64,000 nt of DNA from an uncultured virus (IMG/VR IMGVR_UViG_3300034096_001156) (IMGVR_UViG_3300034096_001156); one strand, 5' to 3'. Shown: positions 18,960 through 31,040, numbered from the stretch's first letter. Notes: generated by a model from the letters alone, not told the origin. Translations and numbers: made by a program.

Positions 18960-21592
18960 TTAGGTGATTGTCTTGATAAAATTTGATATAGCTTCTGCTA
19001 TTTCGCCTGTCTTGTCACGAATAAAGGTAATCTCCTCTTGTTTGTCAGAGATTCCAAATCCTGAGTAATACCCATTATCTGGATCACCATACTCTTTACA
19101 TATGGCTATTTCTTTTATTTTTCCTGTTCTTAAATCAAATATCGTACCAGTTACTCTAATTTCTGGTATTAAGCTAAAGCTTGGTATAAAACCACAAAAA
19201 ACCTCGACATGGGCTATCGTCTGACTATCTAAAAGAACTTTGGCATTACCTATTAGGTAAATTTGTTGATCGAACTTTATTCCCCATTCTGACCAAAGAA
19301 AATTTTTAAACGACCAACTGTTCCAGTCAGAATTATCGTTATATTCTTTGTGACAAAAAGCCACAATTTTTTTAAGTATATCTATTTTTTTTGAGCGTCC
19401 CATAGCTTTTGACTTTTCAAGAAACTCTTTTGCTGTTATTGTCATAGTGTTACCTCGGTTTATATTTTGGTTTCAATAAAATCTATAGTCAATTGTAACC
19501 AACTATCTTTTTTAACCTTTTTAGACAAATCTATTTTGATTTGTATTTCATTTTCAATAAAATCTAAAATAGGTTTTATTATTGTTTTTGTTTCTGGTAG
19601 TAAAATATCCAAATGTTTACCATCTCCTTGTATTTTTTTCTTGTTTGATTTTATTTCAACCCAACTAAGATAAGGTACAGAATTATACTCTAAAGCTAAA
19701 TAAGCTTCTACTGTAACTATTAATTTTTTAGAATATTTATTTTGATATTCAATCCATACCCTGTATTGACATTGAGTTAGACTTTGAGAAAACATAGTAT
19801 TCTTTTGCAGTGTTCCTTGTAGATAGGAAAATCCGTCTTCTGTCTTTATTCGCCATTCTGAGTAATTAGAATGGCTAAAAGTTTCTCTACAAAAAACCCC
19901 AATTTGTTTTAATGCTTCTATTTTGTTCATTAGTATTAATCCTTGATCTCAATTGTTTTAATAAAGCCTATGATAGTTTCCATTATTTTTGTTGCTTCTG
20001 GAATCAAAATATTGAACTCTTCTTTGTTTCCGCTTGGATAAAGATTATATCTTGAGGCTTCATTGTTTCTGTCGAGACTGTAGTTCCAATGCAGGACAAC
20101 CAAAGACCCGCCTAACGTACCTTCTATTGTGATTTTTTCAAAGCATTTGTTTATCAATTGATATTCAGTCGAAATTTCTCGACATTCAATCAAAACTTCA
20201 TACTTTTTGTTTTTTATTAACTTACCATAAGTTTTGTAAAGATAATCTTCTTTAATTACTAAAGTTCCTATTAAACGAATACATTTGTCGTCTGCGACTG
20301 TATCCCACTCTGAGATGTCCACCGTATCGTATTCGGAGATACTCATCTGCTCAAAAGTTTTTTTAAAGAAATCTCTGATTTCTTTAAGTGACGCTTTTTT
20401 TAATAGTTCCATTGTTATTACCTCAAATACAAATAACTAAATCGCCGACACAAACATTGACAAATTCCTTGCAGTCGTATCGAGAATTATTGCAAGCTTG
20501 AATAATAGAGGTATTTTCTTCAACAGAAATAATCATTCCTGACCCTTTATAAAGAATACGATGACCAATGAAGTCGCTAGTTATCGGGTCATATATTGGC
20601 TTGTTTGTAATCGAATAAACTAGATGAGAAGTATCTATTCGGATACAATTTAATTTACCACGGTTTATTACTACTTTAAAATTATCGATAACTTCAATTA
20701 CCTTAGCTGGATACGTTCCTTTAGGCGGAAGTCCTAACTCTTTGTTTGTCGCCATTGTTTTAACTCTTAGTAATGTTTTTACTCTTGAATCTCATCGAGA
20801 ATGAAAGTGAAAATGTCTAGCATTACTTTTCGAGTTTCTCTGTATTTGTTATCAAAATAATCAGATTTTGGCTTTCTAATATAATCAAATGCTATTTGAT
20901 TCTCATAAGAATAGTTATTGTCTCTATCGTCAGGGTTTATCCATAATTCAAACGCGCCTACATGATACGCTTCGCATGAAATACGCTTAAGCAGATTATC
21001 CAGAAAAACCTCTATTATTAATTCATTAGGAAAAAGTGAACACTGAATTATATTATTTTCAGAGTCAAGATTCCATCTTAAATTTGGATAACTTCTGTGA
21101 CAGAATTCCAATATTTTCCCTGTTACTTGTTTTATGTCCATTTGTTACTCCTGTCTATTCTTGGATTTCGTCTTCAATAAAATTAAAGATTTCTCTCACT
21201 ATTTTTCTGGCTTGTTTTACTACACTCCAGCTATCATCATTCCACTCGTCATGGGTTGCAATCATAAACTCTAACTCGCTATCCTTATTATGGTTTAGAC
21301 TTACTTGAAAACTACCTGACCAGGGAAGTAAAGATTTTTCTTCTGATTGAGATATTAGAAGCAACCCTAGTATATAATCGTAAGTAGCTTCTTTTTCGTA
21401 AGAATAACGCTCTTGTTTTTCCTCTGAGCGAATTTCTAGTTCTAGTTTAAACAAAGAGCAAGAACCAAAAATAAAGTGAATATCCTTACAACCATCAATA
21501 TCATTATAAGAGTAATTCCATACCCATTTTAAATCTGGGTATCTTCCCTCACAAAAATTAAATAACTTTTCCGCTATTTGCCATGTGTTCAT
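18960..21592 (-). other. cluster of five paralogous small ORFs (18960-19445, 19460-19930, 19936-20412, 20779-21141, 21155-21592)
   Basis: Shared N-terminal K-[IL]-x-x-F-[CF]-x-x-x-[YF] motif and C-terminal I-x-x-FI helix. Confidence 0.55.
20423..20755 (-). CDS. hypothetical protein (beta-rich)
   Basis: AKVIEV...VVINRG...IYDPIT..IG pattern. Confidence 0.55.
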   Translation of the reverse strand: MATNKELGLPPKGTYPAKVIEVIDNFKVVINRGKLNCIRIDTSHLVYSITNKPIYDPITSDFIGHRILYKGSGMIISVEENTSIIQACNNSRYDCKEFVNVCVGDLVICI

Positions 21593-22373
21593 TTGTTACT
21601 CCTGTTGGGTGAAATTATTAGGAAATACCTACTGTTTCTTCTACTACAATGCCACGATGCCCGTTGCGGCTTAAAGCGTCCAAGTAAGCCATTAGCCGGC
21701 TTTCGTGCATAGAAGCTTTAATCTTGCAAGGCTTATTTCTTCTATCTATTGTCCTAATTGTGTATTTCATTTTCTCCAATCCTTTAGGTGTCTTTTGCAG
21801 TGATCTAGGTGCGCTTTAAATCTTTTGGCAGACTCTTGCTCATCTGTCCCTCTGATAAGTCCTTTGTTTTTATCAATGTCATCCTGACTTGATAATTTAG
21901 CCCATGCTTTTTTAGTTTCTTTTGCCATGATTACACCTTTACTTTTTCAAATCCACGCTGTTCTAAAATTTTATTATACTCTTTGATTTTCGAGTATAAA
22001 ACGTCACGTTTTTTGCGTACATTTTCCCCAGTTTCTTGCTTGGAAATTCGATATTGTTCTGCGTAAAAATCAGCGTAATAACTAATTTTAGCAGTGTCCA
22101 TATTTGCAATAAGCCTCATGATTTTCTCCTTGATTCATTACTTAAATCTTACATTATTTTACTAGAATTGTCAAGAAATTTCTGTGAAATCTTCTTTTCT
22201 AAAACAGTAAAAATGTTCTCCTTTTGTGAGGTGATCGAGTGACTCAAAGTGATAGTAGATTCCCATAGCAGTCTTAACAATCCCCAGTGGTTTGCACCGG
22301 GGGAAAATACGTCCATAGGAATTGACACGATAAACCTTTTCAGGGTATCGAGAGGGAAGGTATTGTCCGATCA

Positions 22374-25271
22374 TTAGGTATTTATATCCTGTAGATAACA
22401 GTTAGAGAATGGAATTGAAAAAGTGATCGCAGACCCATTTAAGGTAGTTTCTACCCTCAAAAGCCATTGATTGTCAAAAGTGTCAAAAGTTGCTTCTATA
22501 ACTTTTCCGACCGCTCTTGGTGGGATAGTTCGCTCTCCTATCTCTACAGATGCAGCCGTTCGTATTAATACGGTTTCTTTTTCAAGATCAGGGAGGCTAT
22601 CGATATGGACACCATCAGCCGATAACTCATCGACTGGCTCTGATTCAACTTCTACTATCTCAGTGTCAGAAACTGGTTCGGGTTTTGGTGTGGGAGTGGG
22701 AGCCTGGACAATTTCTTCTTTTATCTCTGATTGGTATTCTAGGGATTCATCCTCTATCTCAAAAGCTTCTAATTCTTTTGGCTCTTGATAGTGTAATACC
22801 ATACCCCTTGATTTGATCTCTAGTCGTCCATAACCAGCTTGTTCCAACTGAGTAAGTAGGGTACGGGCGATAGATGTATTTACTTTTTCCCCATTAATTT
22901 TACGCCCGCCGAATTTTTGGGCAACGTCCCGAGGTTTAATTTGACCTGCGCTTTTAACGATCTCCCAGATTTCGGATAAAATTCCCTGTACTGGATTTTC
23001 GTCCTGAGACGTAACTCCTTGAATTGTCAGGAATTGACTGATATAGAAGTCGGTCATCTTAGCAGCTTTAATGGCTGTTTGCACAGGAATACTGTAAAGA
23101 TTAGTATTGCCTGGATCAAATATCCAATTCAGAAGATGGATGCTTAATGTAAGCCTTAAAAAAGTCTTCATTTGCTTTCCTAGATAGGAAGCAAATGATG
23201 GATTAATCGCTCGATACTTCTTAATAAGTATCTCGTAATGGTACTTGATACCAAAGGCATAATTTTCTCCAATTTCGCTAAACCAGCAATTATAAGGATC
23301 GACAATCCCATTTTCATCAGCTTCTAGACTAATTCCACTGATTTGATTGACCAGTGTTTCGATACACTCATCGATAGAATTAGGGTCTTCTGGCGGCTTA
23401 CCAGGACGAGGATCAAGGGGTTCGTGTAGCAAGAAAAGATACCGAGAAACTGCCCCATCGACATCATTAGATAAATCAAGATATTTCCTGAGTTTCTCGA
23501 CTTGTATCCCACCTAATTTATTAAGTGTTTGCCCATCTAAATAGTATCGATTGTCTTTGTTTGCTCTATCGAAGGTGTTTCGGATAGGGCCATTCCAGTT
23601 GCTTAAATCTCTTTGCCGGTCATTACCTTTACCACCTGATCGGTACTGATTTAATCCTTCAAAAAATCCCGATAATTCGTCATATACGACTACCCCACCT
23701 TGCCAAGAAGGTTGCGAGGACATCGTTTTTAAGATGCCATCAAGAGTGCCTTCATCGTAAAACCACCGACGCGCCTGACAGTGTTCTTTCTCATAAAGAC
23801 GAGGGTTGATTTCAGCGTTTGTTTTGTTTGCCTTGCGATCTGACGCTGACATCTCTTGCCACGCAGCTTTTAGATCGTCTAGTGTGGATTGTTCCTTAGT
23901 AACTCTTTTCTGCTCGGCTAAATCTTTTCTTTTCAAAACCCGACAAACTTCGTTTTGAGTGAGGGTTTTGCCGGTAGAAACCCCGCCTAAGTCCGCACAG
24001 TAGAAGATCGGGTATTCCTTCCAGCATTCCCTTTCTCTTGCAGTAGTTCGGAGATTAATAGCAAACCGACTTCCTAAAATAGCTCCTAGTATTGGCCATA
24101 AAGAATGCAGTAATCTGATTGGGGGTTGATTTAATGTCTTGGCACGGCTTATAATCGCTTCGGCTAAAGGTTTCGGAAGTATCTCAAAAAGATCAATCTC
24201 TTTCTGCTGATAATGCTTACCTTTCAGGAACCCTTCTAATCCTGATTTGATAGCGTCCCCTTCTGCTATTTCTGTTTTACGGATTTCAATTAAATGTCGT
24301 ATGTCCGATGGTTTCTTACCAGTGGCTTTTGCCCACAGATCAACTTTTTCTTGCCACTGAGTTCGGGTGATTTCTTCCTGACCAATACAGCCGTCAATAG
24401 CTGTTATTAGGTCTTGAAAAGTCATCGTTTCTGTTACTGTGACTTCTTTTTCTTTGCTCTCTTTTATTTCTTTTGGTTTATCAACTATCGAAGCTAATAA
24501 TGTATCGCAAGTTACCTTCTTTTCTTCAATCCAATTGATAATATCTACCCCTTGAGATTCTGGCAAGTGATCCCATAAAGGAGAATCTGGATAGGCATAA
24601 AGCCATTTTGCATCGGGGAAATCTTGATAAATTTTCTGGCAGTGAGCCACTCCCCCTTTGTCGCGATCAGGGCATAAAATCAGATTTGCTCCCTTTAAAG
24701 CTTTCGTGTGATCTGGCTGCCATTTTTTTGATCCGCCTATATTGCAAGTGGCAACCAGCCCAAACGACTCAAGCCTTTCTACCTTAGTCTCGCCTTCTAC
24801 TACAAATATCTGGGTCCCTTCTTTAATAGCCTTTTCTAGGCGGTTCTGACGATAAAGAGGTATATCTTTGTACTCAATATCACCTATGCCCCACTTCCAA
24901 TTTTTACCATTATCTGTAGAGTGCTGTTGTTTTATGTCTTTGTCCCATCTTTGCTTTTCTGTATCAAAATAATCTTTCCGGTACACACGGACTCTTAACC
25001 CATTGGCAAGAGGGGGATAAAGGAAGTATTGGGCTTTTTCTTCTTTATAGGCAGAAAATTTGGGTTCTTTCTTAAAATAGTAGATTGGCTTGCCCTGACT
25101 ATCTAATTTAGAAGATTTTTCCCATCCCGGTGCGGGTTCGTGATCTCGATTGCATACCGAGAGTAAATTGCCGTCTTCAGATGTGTACATATAGCACCAA
25201 TCAGGCTTGCCACAGTGGGGACAAGGATTGTTTTCGTTGATCTTGACACGATTCGAGGATTGTGTTACCAT
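22374..25271 (-). CDS. primase (Zn finger + TOPRIM) fused to DUF3987-like domain
   Basis: CPHCGKPDWC; VVEGE...CPDRDKGG; STGKT; DELSG. Confidence 0.8.
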   Translation of the reverse strand: MVTQSSNRVKINENNPCPHCGKPDWCYMYTSEDGNLLSVCNRDHEPAPGWEKSSKLDSQGKPIYYFKKEPKFSAYKEEKAQYFLYPPLANGLRVRVYRKDYFDTEKQRWDKDIKQQHSTDNGKNWKWGIGDIEYKDIPLYRQNRLEKAIKEGTQIFVVEGETKVERLESFGLVATCNIGGSKKWQPDHTKALKGANLILCPDRDKGGVAHCQKIYQDFPDAKWLYAYPDSPLWDHLPESQGVDIINWIEEKKVTCDTLLASIVDKPKEIKESKEKEVTVTETMTFQDLITAIDGCIGQEEITRTQWQEKVDLWAKATGKKPSDIRHLIEIRKTEIAEGDAIKSGLEGFLKGKHYQQKEIDLFEILPKPLAEAIISRAKTLNQPPIRLLHSLWPILGAILGSRFAINLRTTARERECWKEYPIFYCADLGGVSTGKTLTQNEVCRVLKRKDLAEQKRVTKEQSTLDDLKAAWQEMSASDRKANKTNAEINPRLYEKEHCQARRWFYDEGTLDGILKTMSSQPSWQGGVVVYDELSGFFEGLNQYRSGGKGNDRQRDLSNWNGPIRNTFDRANKDNRYYLDGQTLNKLGGIQVEKLRKYLDLSNDVDGAVSRYLFLLHEPLDPRPGKPPEDPNSIDECIETLVNQISGISLEADENGIVDPYNCWFSEIGENYAFGIKYHYEILIKKYRAINPSFASYLGKQMKTFLRLTLSIHLLNWIFDPGNTNLYSIPVQTAIKAAKMTDFYISQFLTIQGVTSQDENPVQGILSEIWEIVKSAGQIKPRDVAQKFGGRKINGEKVNTSIARTLLTQLEQAGYGRLEIKSRGMVLHYQEPKELEAFEIEDESLEYQSEIKEEIVQAPTPTPKPEPVSDTEIVEVESEPVDELSADGVHIDSLPDLEKETVLIRTAASVEIGERTIPPRAVGKVIEATFDTFDNQWLLRVETTLNGSAITFSIPFSNCYLQDINT

Positions 25272-25426
25272 AAATGTTATTGAAATAAAAGAAAAGTGTT
25301 TTGTTTACACGACCCGCCTCCGAGCGGGTTTTTTGTTGGGTAGTTGGGTAGATGGGTAGGAGGGAGCAAATCAAGGTATTTACTATCCTAGCAGAATTTT
25401 CTTGATCGGTAAATACTACACTTACA

Positions 25427-25675
25427 CTACACTTGTAAATCCTTGCTACGCTTAGATTTTAAGTTATGCAAAGAGTTGTAAAACGCGGCTTCCCCATCTT
25501 TCCTTGCATTGAGTTCGGTATCGATGGGAATGGTAAGGTAGGATTTTAGTGCAATTTCAATTGCCTCTTGGGTTTTTAGTCCTAAAATCTCTGATCTTTG
25601 GCGCATCTCGTCCCATAGTTCTTTCTTAACCCGGATTGACACAACTTTTATTGGAGCATCTTGATTGGCAGACAT
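25427..25675 (-). CDS. RHH/Arc-like regulator
   Basis: VVSIRVKKELWDEMR...EAIEIAL; divergent from XRE gene. Confidence 0.6.
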   Translation of the reverse strand: MSANQDAPIKVVSIRVKKELWDEMRQRSEILGLKTQEAIEIALKSYLTIPIDTELNARKDGEAAFYNSLHNLKSKRSKDLQV

Positions 25676-25789
25676 AGTTTATACAGAATTTTCTATATTG
25701 TATCATAAAAGTCGAGATTGTTTGTAAGTTTTTTGTAAGTTTTTTGCAAGGTAGTGTAAGATAAGGGTATCTTATCAAAATACACTTTT

Positions 25790-26395
25790 ATGGCTACACC
25801 ACGATTCAATAGCGACGGAACACCTCGCAAACGAGTAAAAGCCTCGGCTTTGACAGAAAAAGGGATAAGCAAAATGTCCGACACTATTAAGGCAAAAAGG
25901 ATGGGGCTAGGCATGACCCAAGCCGAATTTACTGAGTGGATACTAAAAGAAGGCCGGCGATTGGGATTACCTGGCACAGAATTTTCTGGGGGAGCGGTTC
26001 AAAACTGGGAGCTAAAAAATATCGCTAGTTGCCCTGATCTAGGGAATATGCGATTACTAGCTGCTGTATTTGGTCTTGATACAGATTCTTTTGTGAATTA
26101 TCTTAATGGCGACTGGCCAACAATTTAGGATTTTCTAAAAGATCCAATCAATCAAAAAAAGGATTGTATTAAAAATCCTAATTTAGTTCCCGAACTTTTT
26201 CAGGAAGCTGATCCTCAAGTTAAAGCAGAGCTTGTAATTAAAGAAGTTAAGTCTCTTTACTCAAAGCTAGATGAGTTGCAGAAGATGATTAAAGAGATCG
26301 ATCTAGAAGATGTGAAAGCTTTTCTGTGTTCTGCCCCAAAAGATTTACAGAAAGAGGTTTATCAATATTTACAGGAGAAACTAATCGGAGCATAA
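25790..26395 (+). pseudogene. XRE-family repressor interrupted by in-frame TAG at 26126-26128
   Basis: HTH (IKAKRMGLGMTQAEF...AVQNWE); same frame stays open for 88 more codons to TAA at 26393-26395. Confidence 0.7.
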
Positions 26396-26398
26396 CAG

Positions 26399-26430
26399 AA
26401 AAGAACAGAGGGTTAACCCTCTGTTTTTTA
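26399..26430. terminator. bidirectional terminator
   Basis: AACAGAGGG-TTAA-CCCTCTGTT followed by T run, between convergent genes. Confidence 0.7.
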
Positions 26431-26438
26431 TTTGAGAT

Positions 26439-26795
26439 TTATTGGAACATATCATTTGTTGCTTGATATGTTCCAACTGGAGTAAATCCTTGTTTATCTT
26501 TTCGGTTAATTCCATAATCACTTAAGTACGGACCGTAAAGGGGAATACTTTCTAAATGTCTATAATAATCCTTTAAGCTCCATCGGCTGCCATCAGAAAA
26601 TACATAAACTGTATATCCGTAAACTATTTCAATTTTTTCTAGACTCCCAAGTATTCTTTTTGAATGAACACTTCTAAAAATCTTTTTTTCTGCCTGTTTT
26701 TTTTCTTGTTCTATTTTTTCTGGACTCAGTTGTACGGGGTCAAGCTGAGGCCACTCTGTGTGACGAGAAGGACAATCTGAGACGAAAAAAGACAT
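26439..26795 (-). CDS. hypothetical protein
   Basis: ORF in leftward operon. Confidence 0.55.
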   Translation of the reverse strand: MSFFVSDCPSRHTEWPQLDPVQLSPEKIEQEKKQAEKKIFRSVHSKRILGSLEKIEIVYGYTVYVFSDGSRWSLKDYYRHLESIPLYGPYLSDYGINRKDKQGFTPVGTYQATNDMFQ

Positions 26796-26847
26796 AATAC
26801 TCTTAATTGTTTTGATTTTTAGTTGATAACTGATAGCTAATTTTAAA

Positions 26848-27078
26848 CTAATCTAACTTAGATAGTAAAGCTTCAATTGTTTTTAGCCCATTCCCCGCCG
26901 CTACACATCCGTCTTTAGAAGCTAAAAGCGACAAATCTACAAGTATTAATTCAAAAAAGACTGTTTTTTCTTCTTTACTAGCAAAGGGAAAAACTAAATC
27001 ACCGACTACATCTGTTAGTTTTTCGGCCATTAGTGAAGTCTGTGTAGGATCGCTGTAATAGTCAATTTTTTGGCTCAT
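26848..27078 (-). CDS. hypothetical protein
   Basis: ORF in leftward operon. Confidence 0.5.
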   Translation of the reverse strand: MSQKIDYYSDPTQTSLMAEKLTDVVGDLVFPFASKEEKTVFFELILVDLSLLASKDGCVAAGNGLKTIEALLSKLD

Positions 27079-27130
27079 TGTTTTTCTCTGATTTATTTAG
27101 TAATTTTTTACTGATAACTGACAACTAATC

Positions 27131-28192
27131 CTAACTTAATCTCTCTACAAAATCAATAAGTTTTTCCCAAAGAGTTACAGGAAAATCTACGGTCATTGTA
27201 TCATTGTCTGTTTGCCTTGCGTTCCCCTCGTTTACTAAGGTCATCAGCAGGTATTTAATATCCTTAGCTTTGGGAGTAAGTTTAACGGGTTTTGGCTCTA
27301 ATTCGTCACTGGGTTTTACGTTTCCATCAGAGTCCAAAAAAGTTGGATTTTTGGACTCTATAAGGTTAGCTGCTACAGATTGAACTAATTCTCCAGTGGC
27401 TTTTATCCCTTTTTCTTCTGCTATAGCTACAGTTTCCAAAAGGACATTTTCTTTTTCCGAGAGCGTCAGTTCATTTTTCCTTACAAGATTGTGTAAAGTC
27501 GTCTCTGATACTTTACCTTCGATTGCTTTTAATGTCGGACTAGACATCGAAGAAATCTCTAGAGTCCGATCATATTCTGATTTTTTCCATCCAGTTTTTT
27601 CGCAAAACTGTTGGTAGGACTGTTCTTCAGTTAAACCAGCTAATCTATCCTCGTGTAAATGCCGTCTGATCAGTTTCGCTTTGTCGTACACCGATAGTTT
27701 TTCGCTATCAGTGCCGTAAGAAAGCATTTGATATTCTAGATCACGGACAGTCAATCCTCCAATTAGAGGCTTAATAATCGCCGAAACATTAGGAATAATA
27801 ATTCCTTGAGACGCTAAAAGCAACCAAGCTAATACCCTTCGATGCCCGTCCATAGGAAACAGTCGATCACCGTCTGCAATCAAGTGTAAAGGTTGATAAA
27901 TTGTTCCCGATGCCAGTATCTTATCGGCTAGTTCTTTAATTAACTCCAAGTCGTAGGTAACGCGGGTATTCCATCCGTTTTCCCCTGCGATAGCCTCGAT
28001 TAAATCGAGGCTAAAGGTTAAATGGGTTTCGCTAGGTAGGACGCGCATTTTGCCGTCGTCATGTATTCCTATTCTCGGCCCGATAAAATCACCATTAGCC
28101 AGTCTAAAAGAAATTAGCTGGGGATCGACTACGATTAACTCTCCTCTTGCAGACCCATAAGTTCTGATTTTGTCTCTTGATTTTGCGCTCAT
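27131..28192 (-). CDS. ParB N-terminal-domain protein
   Basis: ELADKILASGTIYQPL...DGHRR. Confidence 0.75.
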   Translation of the reverse strand: MSAKSRDKIRTYGSARGELIVVDPQLISFRLANGDFIGPRIGIHDDGKMRVLPSETHLTFSLDLIEAIAGENGWNTRVTYDLELIKELADKILASGTIYQPLHLIADGDRLFPMDGHRRVLAWLLLASQGIIIPNVSAIIKPLIGGLTVRDLEYQMLSYGTDSEKLSVYDKAKLIRRHLHEDRLAGLTEEQSYQQFCEKTGWKKSEYDRTLEISSMSSPTLKAIEGKVSETTLHNLVRKNELTLSEKENVLLETVAIAEEKGIKATGELVQSVAANLIESKNPTFLDSDGNVKPSDELEPKPVKLTPKAKDIKYLLMTLVNEGNARQTDNDTMTVDFPVTLWEKLIDFVERLS

Positions 28193-28203
28193 TTTGTTAC
28201 TCC

Positions 28204-29947
28204 TCAGTTGTGATTATTTTTAGTTGTTTCTTGCTTTATTCGTAGTCCCATCAATGGGAGAATGACATAACCCTCCTCTACAAGGTAACTAGCTATAACA
28301 AGAGATTGTAGAAAAAGACAATAGTTTTTCTTGAGAAGATTAGGTATTGCTACACCTGTTAAAATCGAAAAGATAAACTGGAATATAGCAGTTTTAAAAC
28401 GCCAAAAACATCCTACTTTCCTATTTGAATCAGCGTCAATAAATGCACTGCTTAAAAGACATTCTATATCATTGTCATCTGCTTTGATTACGCTTTCATA
28501 AACTCTTTCTAGTAGTTTTGATGCAAAGGGGTTTTTTGATATTTTAAGAACTAAGCGATCAACATATTGCTTGGCTTCTGTTGGCAACTCAGCGTAGCTT
28601 AAGTTGATTGGCACTCGATAGGTCAGGCTTTTCATTTTTTTACTCCTTAGTTGTATTGTCGGTTATTTCTTTATACCAGCTTTTTTCTGCTAGAAAAATC
28701 GACGCTAGTGTTAAAGCTTCTCTGAAAAGATCAAAATCTTTTTTAAGAGGAGAAGGAATAGCAACTCCTGTACATATAGGCATGAGAATAGTTATAACCC
28801 AAAATTTAACCCGATTAATAAAAGAGAGATTCCATTTACCATCGAATAAGTACAGATAGACGTATCCTTTTTGTATATCTCCTTCCCACCACCAGATTAA
28901 TATCTCTTTAGTTATTTGGCTAGTTTGAGATTTTTTTAATAAATCATCAATCCAATTTTTTGAGTCAAGAGATAATTCGAGATATTTATTTTTAATCATA
29001 AGCTTATACAGATCCTCTTTGAGATGCGAGTTGATGTTCACTGTTTTACTCCCCAATTGTGCTAGTTTTTGCTTTTAAGGCATTTTTAGGTCTTCATAGC
29101 GTTTTCCCCATTCGTTAACAAGAATCGTAATTTCTGGAAGATTAATCGCCTTACCTTTAATCCATATATACGGATTATTTGATTCTGATAAACTTGTTAA
29201 TGTTTCAAATAGCAAGTTCGTGGAATTGAAATCTACAAATGTTAGATTAATCTTGATTACTTTTTTAGTCTTGCCAGAATCGCAAGTAATCTCAAAATCT
29301 GCCCTTAATTGCTGTACCTGATCAATCCCTACACTAAAAACTGGGTTAGCTACCAATCCATACAAGCAAATATTTTCGACTTGCCCTGTACTTAAAACTT
29401 TCCATTGGTTTTTGCTGCTTTCAACTAAGATTTCTTGTATTTGCTGGAAAGTCAGTTTATCCCACCAATCACGACTTAAGAGATTCAGATTCATTTAATA
29501 CTCCTTAGTTGTGCTTGGGTTGTAAGTTAGTCCCCAGATGTGAGACGTTCCGTATGTTTTTTTATAATCACCCTCTACTACAAAATTAGAGGCTATAGCG
29601 ATAGCTTTCATAAACAAGTTAGCATCCTTTTTCAACTGTTTAGGGATAGAAACATCTGTCTTACAAAAAACAAGAAATAACCACACCCAAAATGTTATTT
29701 TCTTTGTAATAGATTGATTCCAATCGTAATTACCAAGAACAAGACAATCCATTATATTGCCCTTGATTGCGGATTTATAAAACAGTTCTAAATAGTCTAA
29801 TTTAGGATTCTGTTTCACTTCTAATAGTAAAGTATCAACGTATTGTTTAGCTTCGGTAGGCAAGCTATTGTATTTTCTCTGAACTAGCATTGCGCGTTGA
29901 ATGTCCATTGGTTTACTCCTAATGGTTTTTAAGTGAATTACTTTCAT
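28204..29947 (-). other. cluster with three paralogous ORFs (28204-28635, 28640-29056, 29495-29947) plus unrelated 29075-29494
   Basis: Y-x-x-L-[PS]-x-[ED]-[AS]-K-x-[YW]-[VI]-D-x-L and [GD]V-[AS]-IP..LKK...LF shared. Confidence 0.6.
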
Positions 29948-30232
29948 CGTCTAACAAAACGCTAGGATCAGCGCTGTATAAAGAAAAAATGGTTAGCCAC
30001 GGACACTGATAAAAAAAACGCTTACCAGGAAACCTCGGAGAAAACGGAAAATACTTCCAGTATTTTATTGGCCTTGCTATTAACCGATATTGTTGTCCTA
30101 AAAAGATAAAATCCGTCATGTCATTTTCTGGAGATCGGAGCATTTTGATTATTTTGAAAACTGGGAACACAGACATTGATTTACTCCTAATAAGTTGCTG
30201 ATAACTGACAACTGACAACTGACAACTAACTA

Positions 30233-31030
30233 TTAAAAATCTTCACTGAGAAGTTCACCAGGATCAATATTTTCACTGCGAACTTCTATTACTGGCTTTT
30301 GCCTTGCGTCTATAGCTTTTTTCAGGAGGTCGGCCAATTCTTTTTCAGAGGTTGCTTGTTGGGCGATTTGCTCTGCTTCTGATTGAGGTAATCCTTGAGT
30401 TACAGCCCAAGTAATTCCAGCTTGTTTGCGTTCTGATAGCACCGACTGTGGTTTGCTTGGCAAAGATACTTCCACATCTACTACATTACCAGATTCGCCA
30501 ATTTCAGCGCCTAACTCATCAGGATTATAAATAGGTGCGCCAAGTGCTAAGTCGGGGCAAAACTCACGGAATCCGTTAGAAATCGCCCTTGCAAAAAGCA
30601 TATTTTTGGGGTATTTTTTCCAGTTAGGATTCCCTGCGAGAAGTCCCGCTACTTGGGCATCGTCTTTTGAAAAAGAACTAATTCCTAATGATTCCCAGTT
30701 GTTTTGCCAAAGCTCAAAAAACTCTAATTCGCAGATTTCTGGCGTGTGTTTAATTTTTTTGTATCGGTATTTACCCGATCCTTTAATTAAAGCTGCCATT
30801 AAATTAGCACTTAGTGCAGGCTTTCCTTGTATTAAATGAATACCAGTCATCGAGGCAAAAGCAGGAATGCCTAACTCTTTTCCCGCTAAAACTTTGACAA
30901 AACATTTAGCAGCACTTTGTACATCCCCAAACATTCCTGATTTTGCCAGAATATCAGAAACTTTGTAAATGTCATCGACTGTTTTAAGTTCTAATGGGGA
31001 AGATTTGATATTGACAATTTCACTAGACAT
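30233..31030 (-). CDS. RecT/Red-beta-like single-strand annealing protein (start probably MSSEIV)
   Basis: GKELGI...IHLIQGKP...WKKYPKNMLFARA. Confidence 0.7.
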   Translation of the reverse strand: MSSEIVNIKSSPLELKTVDDIYKVSDILAKSGMFGDVQSAAKCFVKVLAGKELGIPAFASMTGIHLIQGKPALSANLMAALIKGSGKYRYKKIKHTPEICELEFFELWQNNWESLGISSFSKDDAQVAGLLAGNPNWKKYPKNMLFARAISNGFREFCPDLALGAPIYNPDELGAEIGESGNVVDVEVSLPSKPQSVLSERKQAGITWAVTQGLPQSEAEQIAQQATSEKELADLLKKAIDARQKPVIEVRSENIDPGELLSEDF

Positions 31031-31040
31031 AATGTTACTC

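Noticed and set aside
25693..25977. Minus-strand 94-aa ORF
   Set aside because: Overlaps the XRE gene antisense and crosses the operator region
26126..26128. Genome-wide stop-codon reassignment
   Set aside because: TAG terminates many normal genes here, long ORFs are intact in the standard code, and no suppressor tRNA was seen
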